From: Minisyncoccota bacterium
GTDB taxonomy: Bacteria > Patescibacteriota > Minisyncoccia > Phycocordibacterales > UBA918
Direction: 5' to 3'
DNA length: 64,000 nt
Assembly (NCBI GenBank): GCA_021734905.1
Contig: JAIPIB010000001.1
Location: 71,476 to 135,475 of the forward strand
Below are positions 28,834 through 38,998 of the stretch, in pieces (the first letter of the stretch is position 1; every line of letters starts with the position of its first letter). The notes under the pieces were generated by a model. The model did not search any database and had not been told where the DNA came from. It saw nothing but the letters and a program-made list of their open reading frames with translations. The position numbers were made by a program, and so were the translations under genes.

Positions 28834-29682
28834 ATGGTCAATTTTATAGGTATTGGAGCGCAACGAACGGGGACGTCGTGGGTATATGCATGTCTTTATG
28901 AACACCCAGATATTTGTATCCCTGTTAAAGAAATTCACTTTTTTAGTCGACCACGGTATGAAAATGGAAAAGAATGGTATGAAGACCATTTTAGGAAGTG
29001 TAAAAAAGAAAGTAGGTGCGGAGAATTTTCAACTTCGTATTTGTACTCAGATGTTGCTGCTGAGCGTATTTCTAAAGATTACCCAGAAGCAAGAATAATT
29101 GTCATTGTACGAAATCCTATTACGCGTGCGCTTTCACAGTATGGAAATGCAATAAAGGGAGGCGAGATACCCGAGACTATGTCTTTTGAGGAATATTACA
29201 AATCAGAGGCAAGTGTTCTTGAACAAGGACGTTATGTAGAACAACTTGAACGGTACCTTGAGAGATTTGACCGTTCACAAATACTTGTCCTCGTGTATGA
29301 AGATAATAAGAAAGATCCACGTGCATTTATTCACAGTATATATGAATTTCTTGGTGTGCGTTCTGACTTCGTGCCAAGTATGCTTCATGACACAATCAAT
29401 GCTACTCGTATACCAAAAAATGTTGTAATAGAAAAAATGATGCATCGTTTTTCAGAATATCTGAGACGGTACGGATTTGATCGACTCGTGCATCGTATTC
29501 GGCAATTAGGAATTCCTGAATTAATACGAGCCATGAATACAAAACCAAAAAAAGATGAGAGGCCAGTATTTAATCAAGAGTATCTCATGAATTATTTTAA
29601 GAACGACGTAACAAAACTCTCTTCGTTACTTGGGCGTGACCTTAATTCTGAGTGGGGAATAAGTGACACACATACACAATAA
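28834..29682 (+). CDS. Sulfotransferase (PAPS-dependent, Sulfotransfer_1/3-like)
   Basis: 5'-PSB loop IGAQRTGTSW and 3'-PB motif IVIVRNPITRALSQY. Confidence 0.75.
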   Translation: MVNFIGIGAQRTGTSWVYACLYEHPDICIPVKEIHFFSRPRYENGKEWYEDHFRKCKKESRCGEFSTSYLYSDVAAERISKDYPEARIIVIVRNPITRALSQYGNAIKGGEIPETMSFEEYYKSEASVLEQGRYVEQLERYLERFDRSQILVLVYEDNKKDPRAFIHSIYEFLGVRSDFVPSMLHDTINATRIPKNVVIEKMMHRFSEYLRRYGFDRLVHRIRQLGIPELIRAMNTKPKKDERPVFNQEYLMNYFKNDVTKLSSLLGRDLNSEWGISDTHTQ

Positions 29683-30491
29683 TGAAAAAATATCTCAGAA
29701 ACAACTTTATATCATTTGTTAGTCATGTGGGACTTTCGTATATATATCGTACCCTCAAAAAAAGGGAAGGTTCTCTTGTGCGGGTGCTTGTCTTTCATGA
29801 TGTGCAGGATGCAAGCTGGTTCGAGAATATGATGACGTCTCTGAATAAGCGATACAATCTGCTTACGCCAGATTCTTTTCTTAAAAAGCAGTATGACTCA
29901 AATCGGATAAATGTACTTATTACATTTGATGATGGGTACTTATCATGGGTAGATGTTTGCCTTCCTATCCTTAAAGAAAAGGGGATCAAAGCACTCTTCT
30001 TTATTAATTCAGGACTCATTGACGTATTTGAACATCAAGATATTCAGGAACAATATATTCGGGGAAACCTCCTTCTTTCGCCACGGAAAACACTTTCATG
30101 GGATGGTGTCAAAAAACTTCATGAAGCTGGACACATGATAGGTGGCCATACGACAACCCATCCTCGACTTTCTGAGTTACATGAAGATAGACAGAGAGAG
30201 ACTGTCGTCCAGGATAAAAAACGGATTGAGGAAATACTTAATACGTCGATACGCACTTTCGCATATCCGTTTGGTCAGAGAAATGACTATACTCCAGAAA
30301 CAGTAGGCATTGTAAAGGAGTCCGGATATACACACTCGTTTACAACTGAAGGAGTATTCGTTAATGCGTATAATCAATTTGAATTTTCAAGACTTTGCGT
30401 TGAGGACGGCCTTTCAATAGGACAATTGAAGCAATGGATTGAAGGTGGGTACGATCTCTATCACAAAATTAAAACACTATGTGTGCGATAA
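29682..30491 (+). CDS. Polysaccharide deacetylase (CE4 / NodB-homology domain)
   Basis: VLITFDDGY motif 1 and GHTTTHPRL motif 2. Confidence 0.75.
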   Translation: MKKYLRNNFISFVSHVGLSYIYRTLKKREGSLVRVLVFHDVQDASWFENMMTSLNKRYNLLTPDSFLKKQYDSNRINVLITFDDGYLSWVDVCLPILKEKGIKALFFINSGLIDVFEHQDIQEQYIRGNLLLSPRKTLSWDGVKKLHEAGHMIGGHTTTHPRLSELHEDRQRETVVQDKKRIEEILNTSIRTFAYPFGQRNDYTPETVGIVKESGYTHSFTTEGVFVNAYNQFEFSRLCVEDGLSIGQLKQWIEGGYDLYHKIKTLCVR

Positions 30492-32335
30492 ATGGCGTTA
30501 CTAAAAATGATGAGGCTCGTGTAGTCCTCATGAATAAAAAGACAAACCATCGAGGTCCTGATGGTTCTTCAGTGTTTGTAGATAGTAAGATAACACTTGG
30601 ACATAACCGTCTCGCTATCATTGATGTGAGTGATGCGTCAGCACAGCCAATGAAAAGTAATGACGGACGCTATGTCATTGTCTATAACGGAGAACTTTAT
30701 AATTTTAAAGAATTGCGTGAAGAGCTTGTGTCACGATATGAATTCAAAACGCAGGGTGATACAGAAGTCCTTCTTGCTGCGTACATAGTATGGGGAGAAG
30801 AAATGTTCACGAAACTTCGAGGTATTTTCGCTCTTGCTATTTGGGATACCAAAACTGAAGAACTTCTTCTTGCTCGAGATCATATGGGAGTGAAACCGCT
30901 CTACTATCATTTTGAAAATGGAATATTGAGTTTTTCCTCAGAAATTAATGGACTCATAGACACACAAACGAAAGAGCTTGATCAAGATGCTCTCGCACTC
31001 TATATGGAGTTTGGATACGTTCCGAGTAGTGCGTCACTCACTAAAAATATTAAGAAACTATCGCCAGGTCATTGTATTCTCTACAAAAATGAAAGGTTCG
31101 ATGAACACGCTTTCTATGACCCAATTTGTAATATTGGTATTCCGGCGCTTTCCGCGAATCCAAATATGGACCCTCAACAAAGCCTAGTATGTATTATTGA
31201 TACTGCGGTTCAAAGACAACTTGTGTCTGATCGCCCTGTCGGAATGTTTCTATCAGGAGGCATTGATTCAAGTGTTGTACTTCATCATGCATCCAAGTAC
31301 ACACCACATATGCGTACATTCTCTGTCGATTTTGAGATGGTCACGGGAGCAGAGTCGGAAGGAGGTAAATTTAACACCGATGCAGCACTTGCGGCAAAGA
31401 CAGCTCAAATATACGGAGCGCAACACAAGACATTTACGCTCACCATTGAGGATGTTCGTAACAATTTAGTACTAGCAATTGAATCGCTTGATGAGCCTGT
31501 TGCAAATCCAACAGCAATCTCACAGTACCTACTTTCAAAATGGGTACGTGATGAGGGTGTTGTCGTTGCACTCGGTGGGGATGGAGGAGATGAGCTCTTT
31601 GGAGGTTACACACGCCATCGTATGTCAATGGCTGCGTACTATTTTCAAAAAATACCCGCATTATTTCGAGCACCTATTTCTCATCTCAATTCTCGTGTTG
31701 GAAAATTGAACACCGAACTTGGTTTCCCAATGCATATGATGCTTATGGCAAATAAAGTTGTTCAAAATAAAGATATTTTTTTACAAGATTTCTCACCTTA
31801 TATAAAAGCAGAAGCATTTTTTACGTCTGCGTACGCGCGTGTACCACAAGACACCTACCATCCTGTTGATACATTCATGCGTATCGATCGTGAGACATGG
31901 CTTCCTGACGAATCACTGGCACGTTCTGATCGTTCAAGTATGGCACATGGCCTGGAACTTCGTGTACCGCTCCTTGATTTAGATGTCGTAACGTATGCCG
32001 ATACAATCTCTGTCTATAAAAAAACAGACCCATTCACAGGAAAGAAAATTCTTCGTAATGCATACAGTACACATTTACCCGAATACCTTTATAATCAACC
32101 GAAACGTGGTTGGATATCTCCAGGCGCAAAATGGTTTCGCGACCCTGTTATCATGTCGCTCGCGAAAGAAATACTTTCGCCCACCTATTACGACGGACTC
32201 AATCTTTTTAATTGGCCAGTCGTGGAGACGATGCTTTTAGACCATATAGAAAAAAGGGGGTATTATTTGTATCCACTTTGGAACATACTCGTTCTTCAGA
32301 TATGGGCGAGAAAGAACCGCATTAGTATGCAGTAG
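30479..32335 (+). CDS. asnB: Asparagine synthetase B-type glutamine amidotransferase (WbpS-like amidotransferase is plausible in this glycan context)
   Basis: N-terminal Cys2 (MCAING), GHNRLAIIDVS, PP-loop LSGGIDSS. Confidence 0.85.
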   Translation: MCAINGVTKNDEARVVLMNKKTNHRGPDGSSVFVDSKITLGHNRLAIIDVSDASAQPMKSNDGRYVIVYNGELYNFKELREELVSRYEFKTQGDTEVLLAAYIVWGEEMFTKLRGIFALAIWDTKTEELLLARDHMGVKPLYYHFENGILSFSSEINGLIDTQTKELDQDALALYMEFGYVPSSASLTKNIKKLSPGHCILYKNERFDEHAFYDPICNIGIPALSANPNMDPQQSLVCIIDTAVQRQLVSDRPVGMFLSGGIDSSVVLHHASKYTPHMRTFSVDFEMVTGAESEGGKFNTDAALAAKTAQIYGAQHKTFTLTIEDVRNNLVLAIESLDEPVANPTAISQYLLSKWVRDEGVVVALGGDGGDELFGGYTRHRMSMAAYYFQKIPALFRAPISHLNSRVGKLNTELGFPMHMMLMANKVVQNKDIFLQDFSPYIKAEAFFTSAYARVPQDTYHPVDTFMRIDRETWLPDESLARSDRSSMAHGLELRVPLLDLDVVTYADTISVYKKTDPFTGKKILRNAYSTHLPEYLYNQPKRGWISPGAKWFRDPVIMSLAKEILSPTYYDGLNLFNWPVVETMLLDHIEKRGYYLYPLWNILVLQIWARKNRISMQ

Positions 32336-32342
32336 TGATTGT

Positions 32343-33512
32343 ATGACAGAAAAAACACGCAAAATAAAATTAGTGTACATAGCGAATGTTCGTATGCCTA
32401 ATGAGCGTGCACATGGAATTCAGATTGCAAATACGTGCGAAGGGGTTGGTAAAAGGGGAATTGACTTAACCCTCGTTACATCAAAATTTTATGACAAGCG
32501 CCTACTTCTATCCGAACATTACGATATTACACAGACCTTTAAGCACACCAAAATATTTGTTTTTGATATACCGTGGATTCCATTTCGGTATTTTCTTCGA
32601 AATTTTTCCTTTTTCTTTTTTGTAAATGTTTATTTACTTACTGCATATATAAAGTCATTTGTGGCAAGGGAGAAATTAGTGGTGTATGTGCGAGGAGAAG
32701 TAATACTTTCACTAATTCCATTTACTTGGTTCATTCCTATTTTTTTTGAGACGCATCAAATTAGAAACTATGAAAGCTTGTACCGAATTGCACTTAGTAG
32801 AGTAAGGGGAATAATTGTGGTTACTCAAGGCCTGAAGACAAAGTTTGTTAAAGAATATAAAATTTCACAAAATAAGATTCTTGTGGCCAGGGATTCGGTA
32901 AATCTAGAAAAATTTAAATCTTCCGCACGGAACAGAGAACTGTGGATTCAACATGGAATTCCGAAGGATAAAAAAATTGTCCTCTATTCCGGAAGCTTGG
33001 CAATAGAAAAGGGTGTTCATACACTAGCGGGTACAGCAATGTTTGTGCCAAATGATGTGCAAATCGTATTTCTAGGAGGAACAGAATCTCAAGTTTCCGC
33101 ATTTAAGGATAAATATGGAAACGTAAAAAATATTTCCATACTCGGTAGGGTAAACTATATTGAAGTTCCAAAATATATTGCCGCGGCTGATGTGCTCGTT
33201 CTCCCTGACCTAGCTGAATTTACTTATAGTAACTTGTACACATCTCCGATGAAGCTTTTTGAGTACATGGCAAGCGGACGTCCGATTTTGGCTTCTCGAG
33301 TGCCGTCACTTCTTGAGGTTCTTAATGAAAATTCGGCAGTATTTTTTGAATCGGGAAATTCAGAATCTCTTGCAAAAGGAATTAACTCAATAATAAATGA
33401 CGACATACAATCGAATGAGTTGGGTATGCGGGCACAGGAAATTGTCTCTGAATTTACGTGGGAAAAGAGAGCCGAAGCAATCATAAGTCATATTCAGAAT
33501 CATTTAGCATAG
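32343..33512 (+). CDS. Glycosyltransferase family 4
   Basis: C-terminal SPMKLFEYMASGRPILASRV motif. Confidence 0.75.
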   Translation: MTEKTRKIKLVYIANVRMPNERAHGIQIANTCEGVGKRGIDLTLVTSKFYDKRLLLSEHYDITQTFKHTKIFVFDIPWIPFRYFLRNFSFFFFVNVYLLTAYIKSFVAREKLVVYVRGEVILSLIPFTWFIPIFFETHQIRNYESLYRIALSRVRGIIVVTQGLKTKFVKEYKISQNKILVARDSVNLEKFKSSARNRELWIQHGIPKDKKIVLYSGSLAIEKGVHTLAGTAMFVPNDVQIVFLGGTESQVSAFKDKYGNVKNISILGRVNYIEVPKYIAAADVLVLPDLAEFTYSNLYTSPMKLFEYMASGRPILASRVPSLLEVLNENSAVFFESGNSESLAKGINSIINDDIQSNELGMRAQEIVSEFTWEKRAEAIISHIQNHLA

Positions 33513-33570
33513 AGAGGTAATTTTATTCGAATCACTATATACTAGTACAAATCAAAATTATGCAACGAGT

Positions 33571-34191
33571 ATGATGAATAAAGATAAGGAAGCAACATAC
33601 GCTGAAAAAATATACACCGTTAATGGTGTTACTCAGGAGAATATTTGTACTCATGGTGAAAAAATCCTCCATATAGGTCCGGGCAAGAGGGCTCTCTTAG
33701 GGGCAAAAACAATAGATATTCTTAATCTTTCTGGTGTTGATATTGTTCATGATTTAGATATCGTGCCGTGGCCATTTAAAGACAATGAATTTGATTTAAT
33801 ATTTGCGCACAGTGTTTTTGAGCACTTGGATAAACAAATCGCCGTAATGGAGGAGATGTGGCGGATTCTTAAGCCGAAAGGTCGGATTGTCATTACGGTA
33901 CCGCATTTCAGGTGTACAGATGCTTTCACCGATTCAACGCACAGACATTTTTTTACGACACAATCAATGGACTACTACATAAAGACAAAAGCGCTCTCGA
34001 ATTACCAGTACACGACCAAAAACTTTTTGGAAAAAGGTTTTTGGTTTGGATGGCCACAGCAGTCAAAAAATCCATTCACGAGACTCTTTAAGTGGTTTAT
34101 TAAAAGGTACCCACGTTTCTATGATTCGCACCTGTCGCTCCTTTTTCCAGTCAAGATAATTATTTGGGAACTTGAAGCAGTAAAAGAATAA
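33571..34191 (+). CDS. Class I SAM-dependent methyltransferase
   Basis: ILHIGPGKR motif I and FDLIFAHSVFEHL...MWRILKPKGRIVITVP (Methyltransf_11/23-like). Confidence 0.7.
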   Translation: MMNKDKEATYAEKIYTVNGVTQENICTHGEKILHIGPGKRALLGAKTIDILNLSGVDIVHDLDIVPWPFKDNEFDLIFAHSVFEHLDKQIAVMEEMWRILKPKGRIVITVPHFRCTDAFTDSTHRHFFTTQSMDYYIKTKALSNYQYTTKNFLEKGFWFGWPQQSKNPFTRLFKWFIKRYPRFYDSHLSLLFPVKIIIWELEAVKE

Positions 34192-34192
34192 T

Positions 34193-35284
34193 ATGCATGT
34201 AGGAATCGTATTACATCCATTTGGCAACTCATCGAAGGGCTTGGAACAGTATGTCTTCGAGAGTACCAAGGCGATACTTGAAAAATCTGTAGGCGATATT
34301 ACAGTTACTGTTTTTGTAAAGGGTGATTCTGATACGAGTTCGTTACCTGCAGGAACTCCTGTAATAAAATTACCAGACTCAATATTTTGGAATTTGTTTT
34401 TGATACCGTGGTATAGAAAATGTGACACGTTTATTTTTTTTACTGAGTCCGCACCATTTTTTCTTTGGAAGAAAAGCATTATTGTTTTTCTCGATGCTGC
34501 GTATTACCATTTTGTTGAATCAACCTTTTTTTCAAAAATAAAACGAATTTTTCTTGCTTGGTGGAGGAAACATATGATGCTTGCAGCTCAGCATGTTGTG
34601 ACGATTTCAGAGGCTTCGAAGAAAGATCTTTTAGATATCTTTAAAATCCAAGATCAACACGTCTCTGTGATTTATCCAGGATTTAAGTCATTGAAGTATT
34701 CGAAGAATACAATTACGCTGGTAAATGAAAAAACGTACTTTATGTATGTTGGTCCGATGAAAGAGCGTAAGAATGTTGTGGCTATCGTCGAGGCGTATAT
34801 TCGTTTCCATGAAATGACTGATTTTAATCATCAGCTTATTCTTGTTGGAAGAAAATCGAGTGGAACATATGCCGATAAAGTGAATAAACTTGTCGAAAAA
34901 AGTATATACAGAGATTCAATTATCTTTAAAACATCTGTGAATGATGAAGAGTTACAAGAAATGTACACTCAAGCTGCTGCACTTGTGTACCCGAGTTTGT
35001 TAGAAGGTTTTGGTCTACCAATACTTGAGGCACTAAGCTGTGGGTGCATGGTTATTACCTCAAACACAACGAGCACGAAGGAAGTCGTAGGGAAAGCAGG
35101 ATTTTTGGTTAATCCACACGAAGTCTATGAAATTGCTGATGCTATGGCGCATGTGGCTAATTATGATTATGATGAAGAAGAGTTTAAGGTAGCTGCAAGA
35201 GAACAATGTGATAAATTTAGTTGGGAGAAGTCGGGAGTTGAATGGTGTAAAATACTTCGGGAAAAATGCCCGACGACTAAATAA
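34193..35284 (+). CDS. Glycosyltransferase family 4
   Basis: YPSLLEGFGLPILEALSCGCMVITSNTTSTKEVVG motif. Confidence 0.8.
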   Translation: MHVGIVLHPFGNSSKGLEQYVFESTKAILEKSVGDITVTVFVKGDSDTSSLPAGTPVIKLPDSIFWNLFLIPWYRKCDTFIFFTESAPFFLWKKSIIVFLDAAYYHFVESTFFSKIKRIFLAWWRKHMMLAAQHVVTISEASKKDLLDIFKIQDQHVSVIYPGFKSLKYSKNTITLVNEKTYFMYVGPMKERKNVVAIVEAYIRFHEMTDFNHQLILVGRKSSGTYADKVNKLVEKSIYRDSIIFKTSVNDEELQEMYTQAAALVYPSLLEGFGLPILEALSCGCMVITSNTTSTKEVVGKAGFLVNPHEVYEIADAMAHVANYDYDEEEFKVAAREQCDKFSWEKSGVEWCKILREKCPTTK

Positions 35285-35304
35285 TCCTCAAACATCACTA
35301 TAGT

Positions 35305-36339
35305 ATGAAAAAGAAGAAAGTATTTGTTACAGGAATCACTGGTCAAGACGGATCGTATTTAACGCCGATCTTACTTGATGCTGGATATGAGGTTCATGCA
35401 CTCGTACGTCTTCGTGGTGGAGATCGACCAGTCATTATTGATGACCTTGCGCGAGAAAAAAAAGTCATTTTTCATACAGGTTCACTTACGGACCTTTCTT
35501 CTTTAAGTACGATTTTGGAGGGGGTGAGACCAGATGAAGTTTATAATCTTGCGGCACAATCCCACGTAGTGTCTTCATTCAAAAGTCCCGTTGAAACATG
35601 GGACGTAAATTATTATGGTCTTGGACGCTTGGTCAATGAAGCACTTCGAGTAAATCCTGATGTGCGTATTTACCAAGCGTCGACAAGTGAAATGTTTGGT
35701 AATTCTCCAGCACCACAAAGTGAGAATACCCCGTTTGATCCTCAGAGTCCGTATGCAATGTCAAAAGCGATGGCACACACTGATTTTATTATGCACAAGA
35801 GAGCTTCAATGGGCGCGTTTGCCGTATCAGGCATTCTCTTTAATCATGAGTCACCAAGACGGGGAAGGGATTTTGTCACACGAAAAATTACGTTTTCTCT
35901 AGCTAAGATCGCATTTGGTTTACAAGAGTGTCTTGAGCTTGGGAACCTTAATGCAGTACGTGATTGGGGACATGCTGAAGACTATGTCCGCGCGATGTTT
36001 ATGATGCTCCAGCAAGACACTCCAGAAGATTATGTCATAGCGAGTGGCGAGTCACATTCAGTGCGAGATTTTGTTGAGATTGCCGCACAGTATTTTGGCA
36101 TCAATATTGCATGGGAAGGAGAAGGAAAAGCTGAAATAGGTCGTAACAAAATGACGGGAAAGATAGTTGTAAAAGTGAACCCAGAGTTTTATCGACCACG
36201 GGAAGTCAACTTCATTCAGGGGGATGCGACAAAGGCACACACAAAACTCGGATGGAAACCAAGGTATAGCTTTAGTGATATTGTCACTGAAATGGTGAAG
36301 TCTGATCAGGAATTAGTCCGTAGAGAATATAAATTATAA
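35305..36339 (+). CDS. gmd: GDP-mannose 4,6-dehydratase (paralog 1)
   Basis: KKVFVTGITGQDGSYL, YAMSKAMAH (YxxxK), ILFNHESPRRGRDFVTRKIT. Confidence 0.85.
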   Translation: MKKKKVFVTGITGQDGSYLTPILLDAGYEVHALVRLRGGDRPVIIDDLAREKKVIFHTGSLTDLSSLSTILEGVRPDEVYNLAAQSHVVSSFKSPVETWDVNYYGLGRLVNEALRVNPDVRIYQASTSEMFGNSPAPQSENTPFDPQSPYAMSKAMAHTDFIMHKRASMGAFAVSGILFNHESPRRGRDFVTRKITFSLAKIAFGLQECLELGNLNAVRDWGHAEDYVRAMFMMLQQDTPEDYVIASGESHSVRDFVEIAAQYFGINIAWEGEGKAEIGRNKMTGKIVVKVNPEFYRPREVNFIQGDATKAHTKLGWKPRYSFSDIVTEMVKSDQELVRREYKL

Positions 36340-36343
36340 TCGT

Positions 36344-37498
36344 ATGATTAAAAGTACCTATCTAAGAACCGCTATCCTTTTTTTGTTATCATTATTCTTT
36401 TCACTTTTCAGAGGAAAAGCTACTCGTGTGGCACCGAATATGACGCGTGTCGGAGTAATATATCTTACAGGTAATGTTGGGGATATGATCTTTTGTACAC
36501 CCATATTTCGAGCACTTAAGGAAGCAAAACCAGAAAGTGAAATGTATGTTATTGGTAGGAAGCGAAATGCAGATACACTTCGTTATAGTCCTCATGTGAA
36601 GGAATATATTGAATGCCCAAACTCGCCATACGCACTTTGGAAGATTCTGAGAGGACTCAAATTACAGTATGCCTTTATACTCAATCCTTCAACGCTTGAA
36701 CTTGCTCTTTTTTATCTTGCGAACGTCCAAGCGATTGCGACATTTTCTGCGCCAATTGCGTCTGCAGAAACACGAACGTATAGAATCTTAAAGAAACTTT
36801 GTATACAAATTCCATTTGCAGCTGGTGAGAATTTTGCAACTGAGAATCTTAAGTTAATTGCTCCCCTCGGTATTGTGTCTACTGATACGAGGAAGCATCT
36901 CTACTATTCAGAAGAAGCTCGTATTGGTATCCAGAATTTTCTTAAAGAACAAAATGTTGTTCTGGGGGTCAACATGGTCATTGCCCTCGCTCCTGGGGCA
37001 GGTACAAAAATAAAACAATGGCCGGCAGATAGATTTGCAAAGCTTGCAGACCACTTGTATGAAAAATATCATACCCCTATTTTTATCGTAGGAGGCCCTG
37101 GCGATAAAAAAGAATTTGAAGCGATGTCACAGGCACTAAATACTGAGACAAAGGTAGTATCATGTCTGCATCACACAATTGATGAACTAAAGGCATTTAT
37201 GGCACAAATAGATATTGTTATTGCAAATGATAGCGCACCAATCTATGTTGCTGAAGCTTTCGATAAAGCTACCGTAACGATTGTTGGGCCAACAGATGAA
37301 AATGAACATCCACCAAAAGGTGTGTTCGACAGAGTGGTAAAAAGCAAGGACAGAGGAGTTCCTGCTCTTGCTGCCAGTATTGCCAATGAGCAATCAAACA
37401 ACAGTGAGGACGCACGAAGTCAAATAGAAAAAGTGACTGTTCTAGAAGTGGTTGATACTGCTGATGAACTCATTGCTACCCTTGAAAAAGGCAGATAA
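36344..37498 (+). CDS. Glycosyltransferase family 9 (ADP-heptose:acceptor heptosyltransferase-like)
   Basis: N-terminal VIYLTGNVGDMIFCTPIFRALKEAKPESEMYVIG and C-terminal IFIVGGPGDKKEFEAM...IANDSAPIYVAEAF, typical of GT9. Confidence 0.65.
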   Translation: MIKSTYLRTAILFLLSLFFSLFRGKATRVAPNMTRVGVIYLTGNVGDMIFCTPIFRALKEAKPESEMYVIGRKRNADTLRYSPHVKEYIECPNSPYALWKILRGLKLQYAFILNPSTLELALFYLANVQAIATFSAPIASAETRTYRILKKLCIQIPFAAGENFATENLKLIAPLGIVSTDTRKHLYYSEEARIGIQNFLKEQNVVLGVNMVIALAPGAGTKIKQWPADRFAKLADHLYEKYHTPIFIVGGPGDKKEFEAMSQALNTETKVVSCLHHTIDELKAFMAQIDIVIANDSAPIYVAEAFDKATVTIVGPTDENEHPPKGVFDRVVKSKDRGVPALAASIANEQSNNSEDARSQIEKVTVLEVVDTADELIATLEKGR

Positions 37499-37542
37499 AC
37501 AGTGAATTTTAAATTTAGTAGTCATATGATATATTTACATCG

Positions 37543-38580
37543 ATGAAAAAAGCTCTCATTACAGGGATTACAGGACAAGACGGGTCGTACCTTGCTGAAT
37601 TTTTGCTACAAAAAGGCTATGAAGTTCATGGTTTAATGCGTCGTTCAAGTACGGAGCCACTGATTCGCATTCAGGATATTGTTTTTGATGGAAAGGTTAC
37701 TCTTCATATGGGTGATTTACGTGATCCTGCCTGCATCCAGCGTGTAATAGAACTTGTATCTCCAGATGAGATCTATAATTTTGCAGCACAGTCAGACGTC
37801 GGGATTTCGTTTAAGTGTCCAGAGGAAGCTTATTCCATTAACTTTGAAGGCGTACGAGATTTGGTTGAGGCAGCTTGGAAACACAATAAGGATGTTCGTT
37901 TTTACCAAGCGTCGACAAGTGAGATGTTTGGCTCAACGAATCCTCCTCAGAATGAAAAGGCGCCATTTCAACCAGTAAGTCCATATGCAGAAGCAAAACT
38001 CAAAGCCCATCAAGATGTTGTCCTTGAGTATCGGAAAAAATATGGAATGCACATTTCTTCAGGTATTCTTTTTAATCATGAGTCACCACGTAGAGGTAAA
38101 CATTTTGTGACTCGAAAAATCACTCACTCACTCGCTAAAGTAAAGCTTGGACTTCAGACACATGTGACTCTCGGTAACCTTGAAGCTAAGCGAGACTGGG
38201 GATATGCAGGAGATTATGTAGAGGCTATGTGGCTCATGCTTCAGGCTGAGACAGCTGATGATTATGTTATAGCAACGGGTGAGTCACGGTCTGTCCGTGA
38301 TTTTGTCGAGGCTGCAGCTGATTCATTGGGTATGAAAATTACTTGGGAAGGAGAGGGTGTTGATGAGGTTGGTAAAGATGAACATGGGGATGTTGTGGTT
38401 AAAATCTCTAAGAATTTTTACCGCCCGGCCGAAGTTGATTATCTCCTCGGAGATGCCACAAAAGCAAAAGAGAAACTTGGTTGGACTCCAAAAACCACGT
38501 TCCAAGAACTCGTACACATGATGGTTGCTTCAGACTTGAAGGATGCAAAATATGAGCAAATGAAAAAGAGTATTGAGTAA
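37543..38580 (+). CDS. gmd: GDP-mannose 4,6-dehydratase (paralog 2)
   Basis: KKALITGITGQDGSYLAEFLLQKGYEVHGLMRRSS, YAEAKLKAH, ILFNHESPRRGKHFVTRKIT. Confidence 0.85.
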   Translation: MKKALITGITGQDGSYLAEFLLQKGYEVHGLMRRSSTEPLIRIQDIVFDGKVTLHMGDLRDPACIQRVIELVSPDEIYNFAAQSDVGISFKCPEEAYSINFEGVRDLVEAAWKHNKDVRFYQASTSEMFGSTNPPQNEKAPFQPVSPYAEAKLKAHQDVVLEYRKKYGMHISSGILFNHESPRRGKHFVTRKITHSLAKVKLGLQTHVTLGNLEAKRDWGYAGDYVEAMWLMLQAETADDYVIATGESRSVRDFVEAAADSLGMKITWEGEGVDEVGKDEHGDVVVKISKNFYRPAEVDYLLGDATKAKEKLGWTPKTTFQELVHMMVASDLKDAKYEQMKKSIE

Positions 38581-38608
38581 ATTATTGATAATGCACCTTT
38601 AAGTATCT

Positions 38609-38998
38609 ATGAGTATACACATTCCTGTTTCAGCTGCAGAACTTATTGATAAAATCACAATTCTAGAAATCAAATGTTCGGAATTCACTGACAGTAATAA
38701 GCTTGCTAATGTTAAGGATGAACTTGATGCTCTAACCGAGGTAGTGAAGAGTAGTGTTAATGATTCGCTCGAACTCGAAAAGTTACACACAGAACTTCGG
38801 CTCATTAACAAGAAGATTTGGGATTCTGAGAATGACGTACGACAATTTTGGAATGATGATGAAAAATTTAATGCTGGAGCAAAACAGTCTCATTATTATA
38901 ATGATGAGCGAGCGCGAGTAAAAAAAGAAATAAACCAACTACTTGGTTCAAGTATTATAGAAGAAAAATCGCACCCAGCGTATGAGCACAAGGTCTAA
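38609..38998 (+). CDS. Hypothetical coiled-coil protein (129 aa) embedded between Gmd paralogs
   Basis: Overlaps both neighbours by a few nt, so operonic. No family recognised. Confidence 0.45.
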   Translation: MSIHIPVSAAELIDKITILEIKCSEFTDSNKLANVKDELDALTEVVKSSVNDSLELEKLHTELRLINKKIWDSENDVRQFWNDDEKFNAGAKQSHYYNDERARVKKEINQLLGSSIIEEKSHPAYEHKV

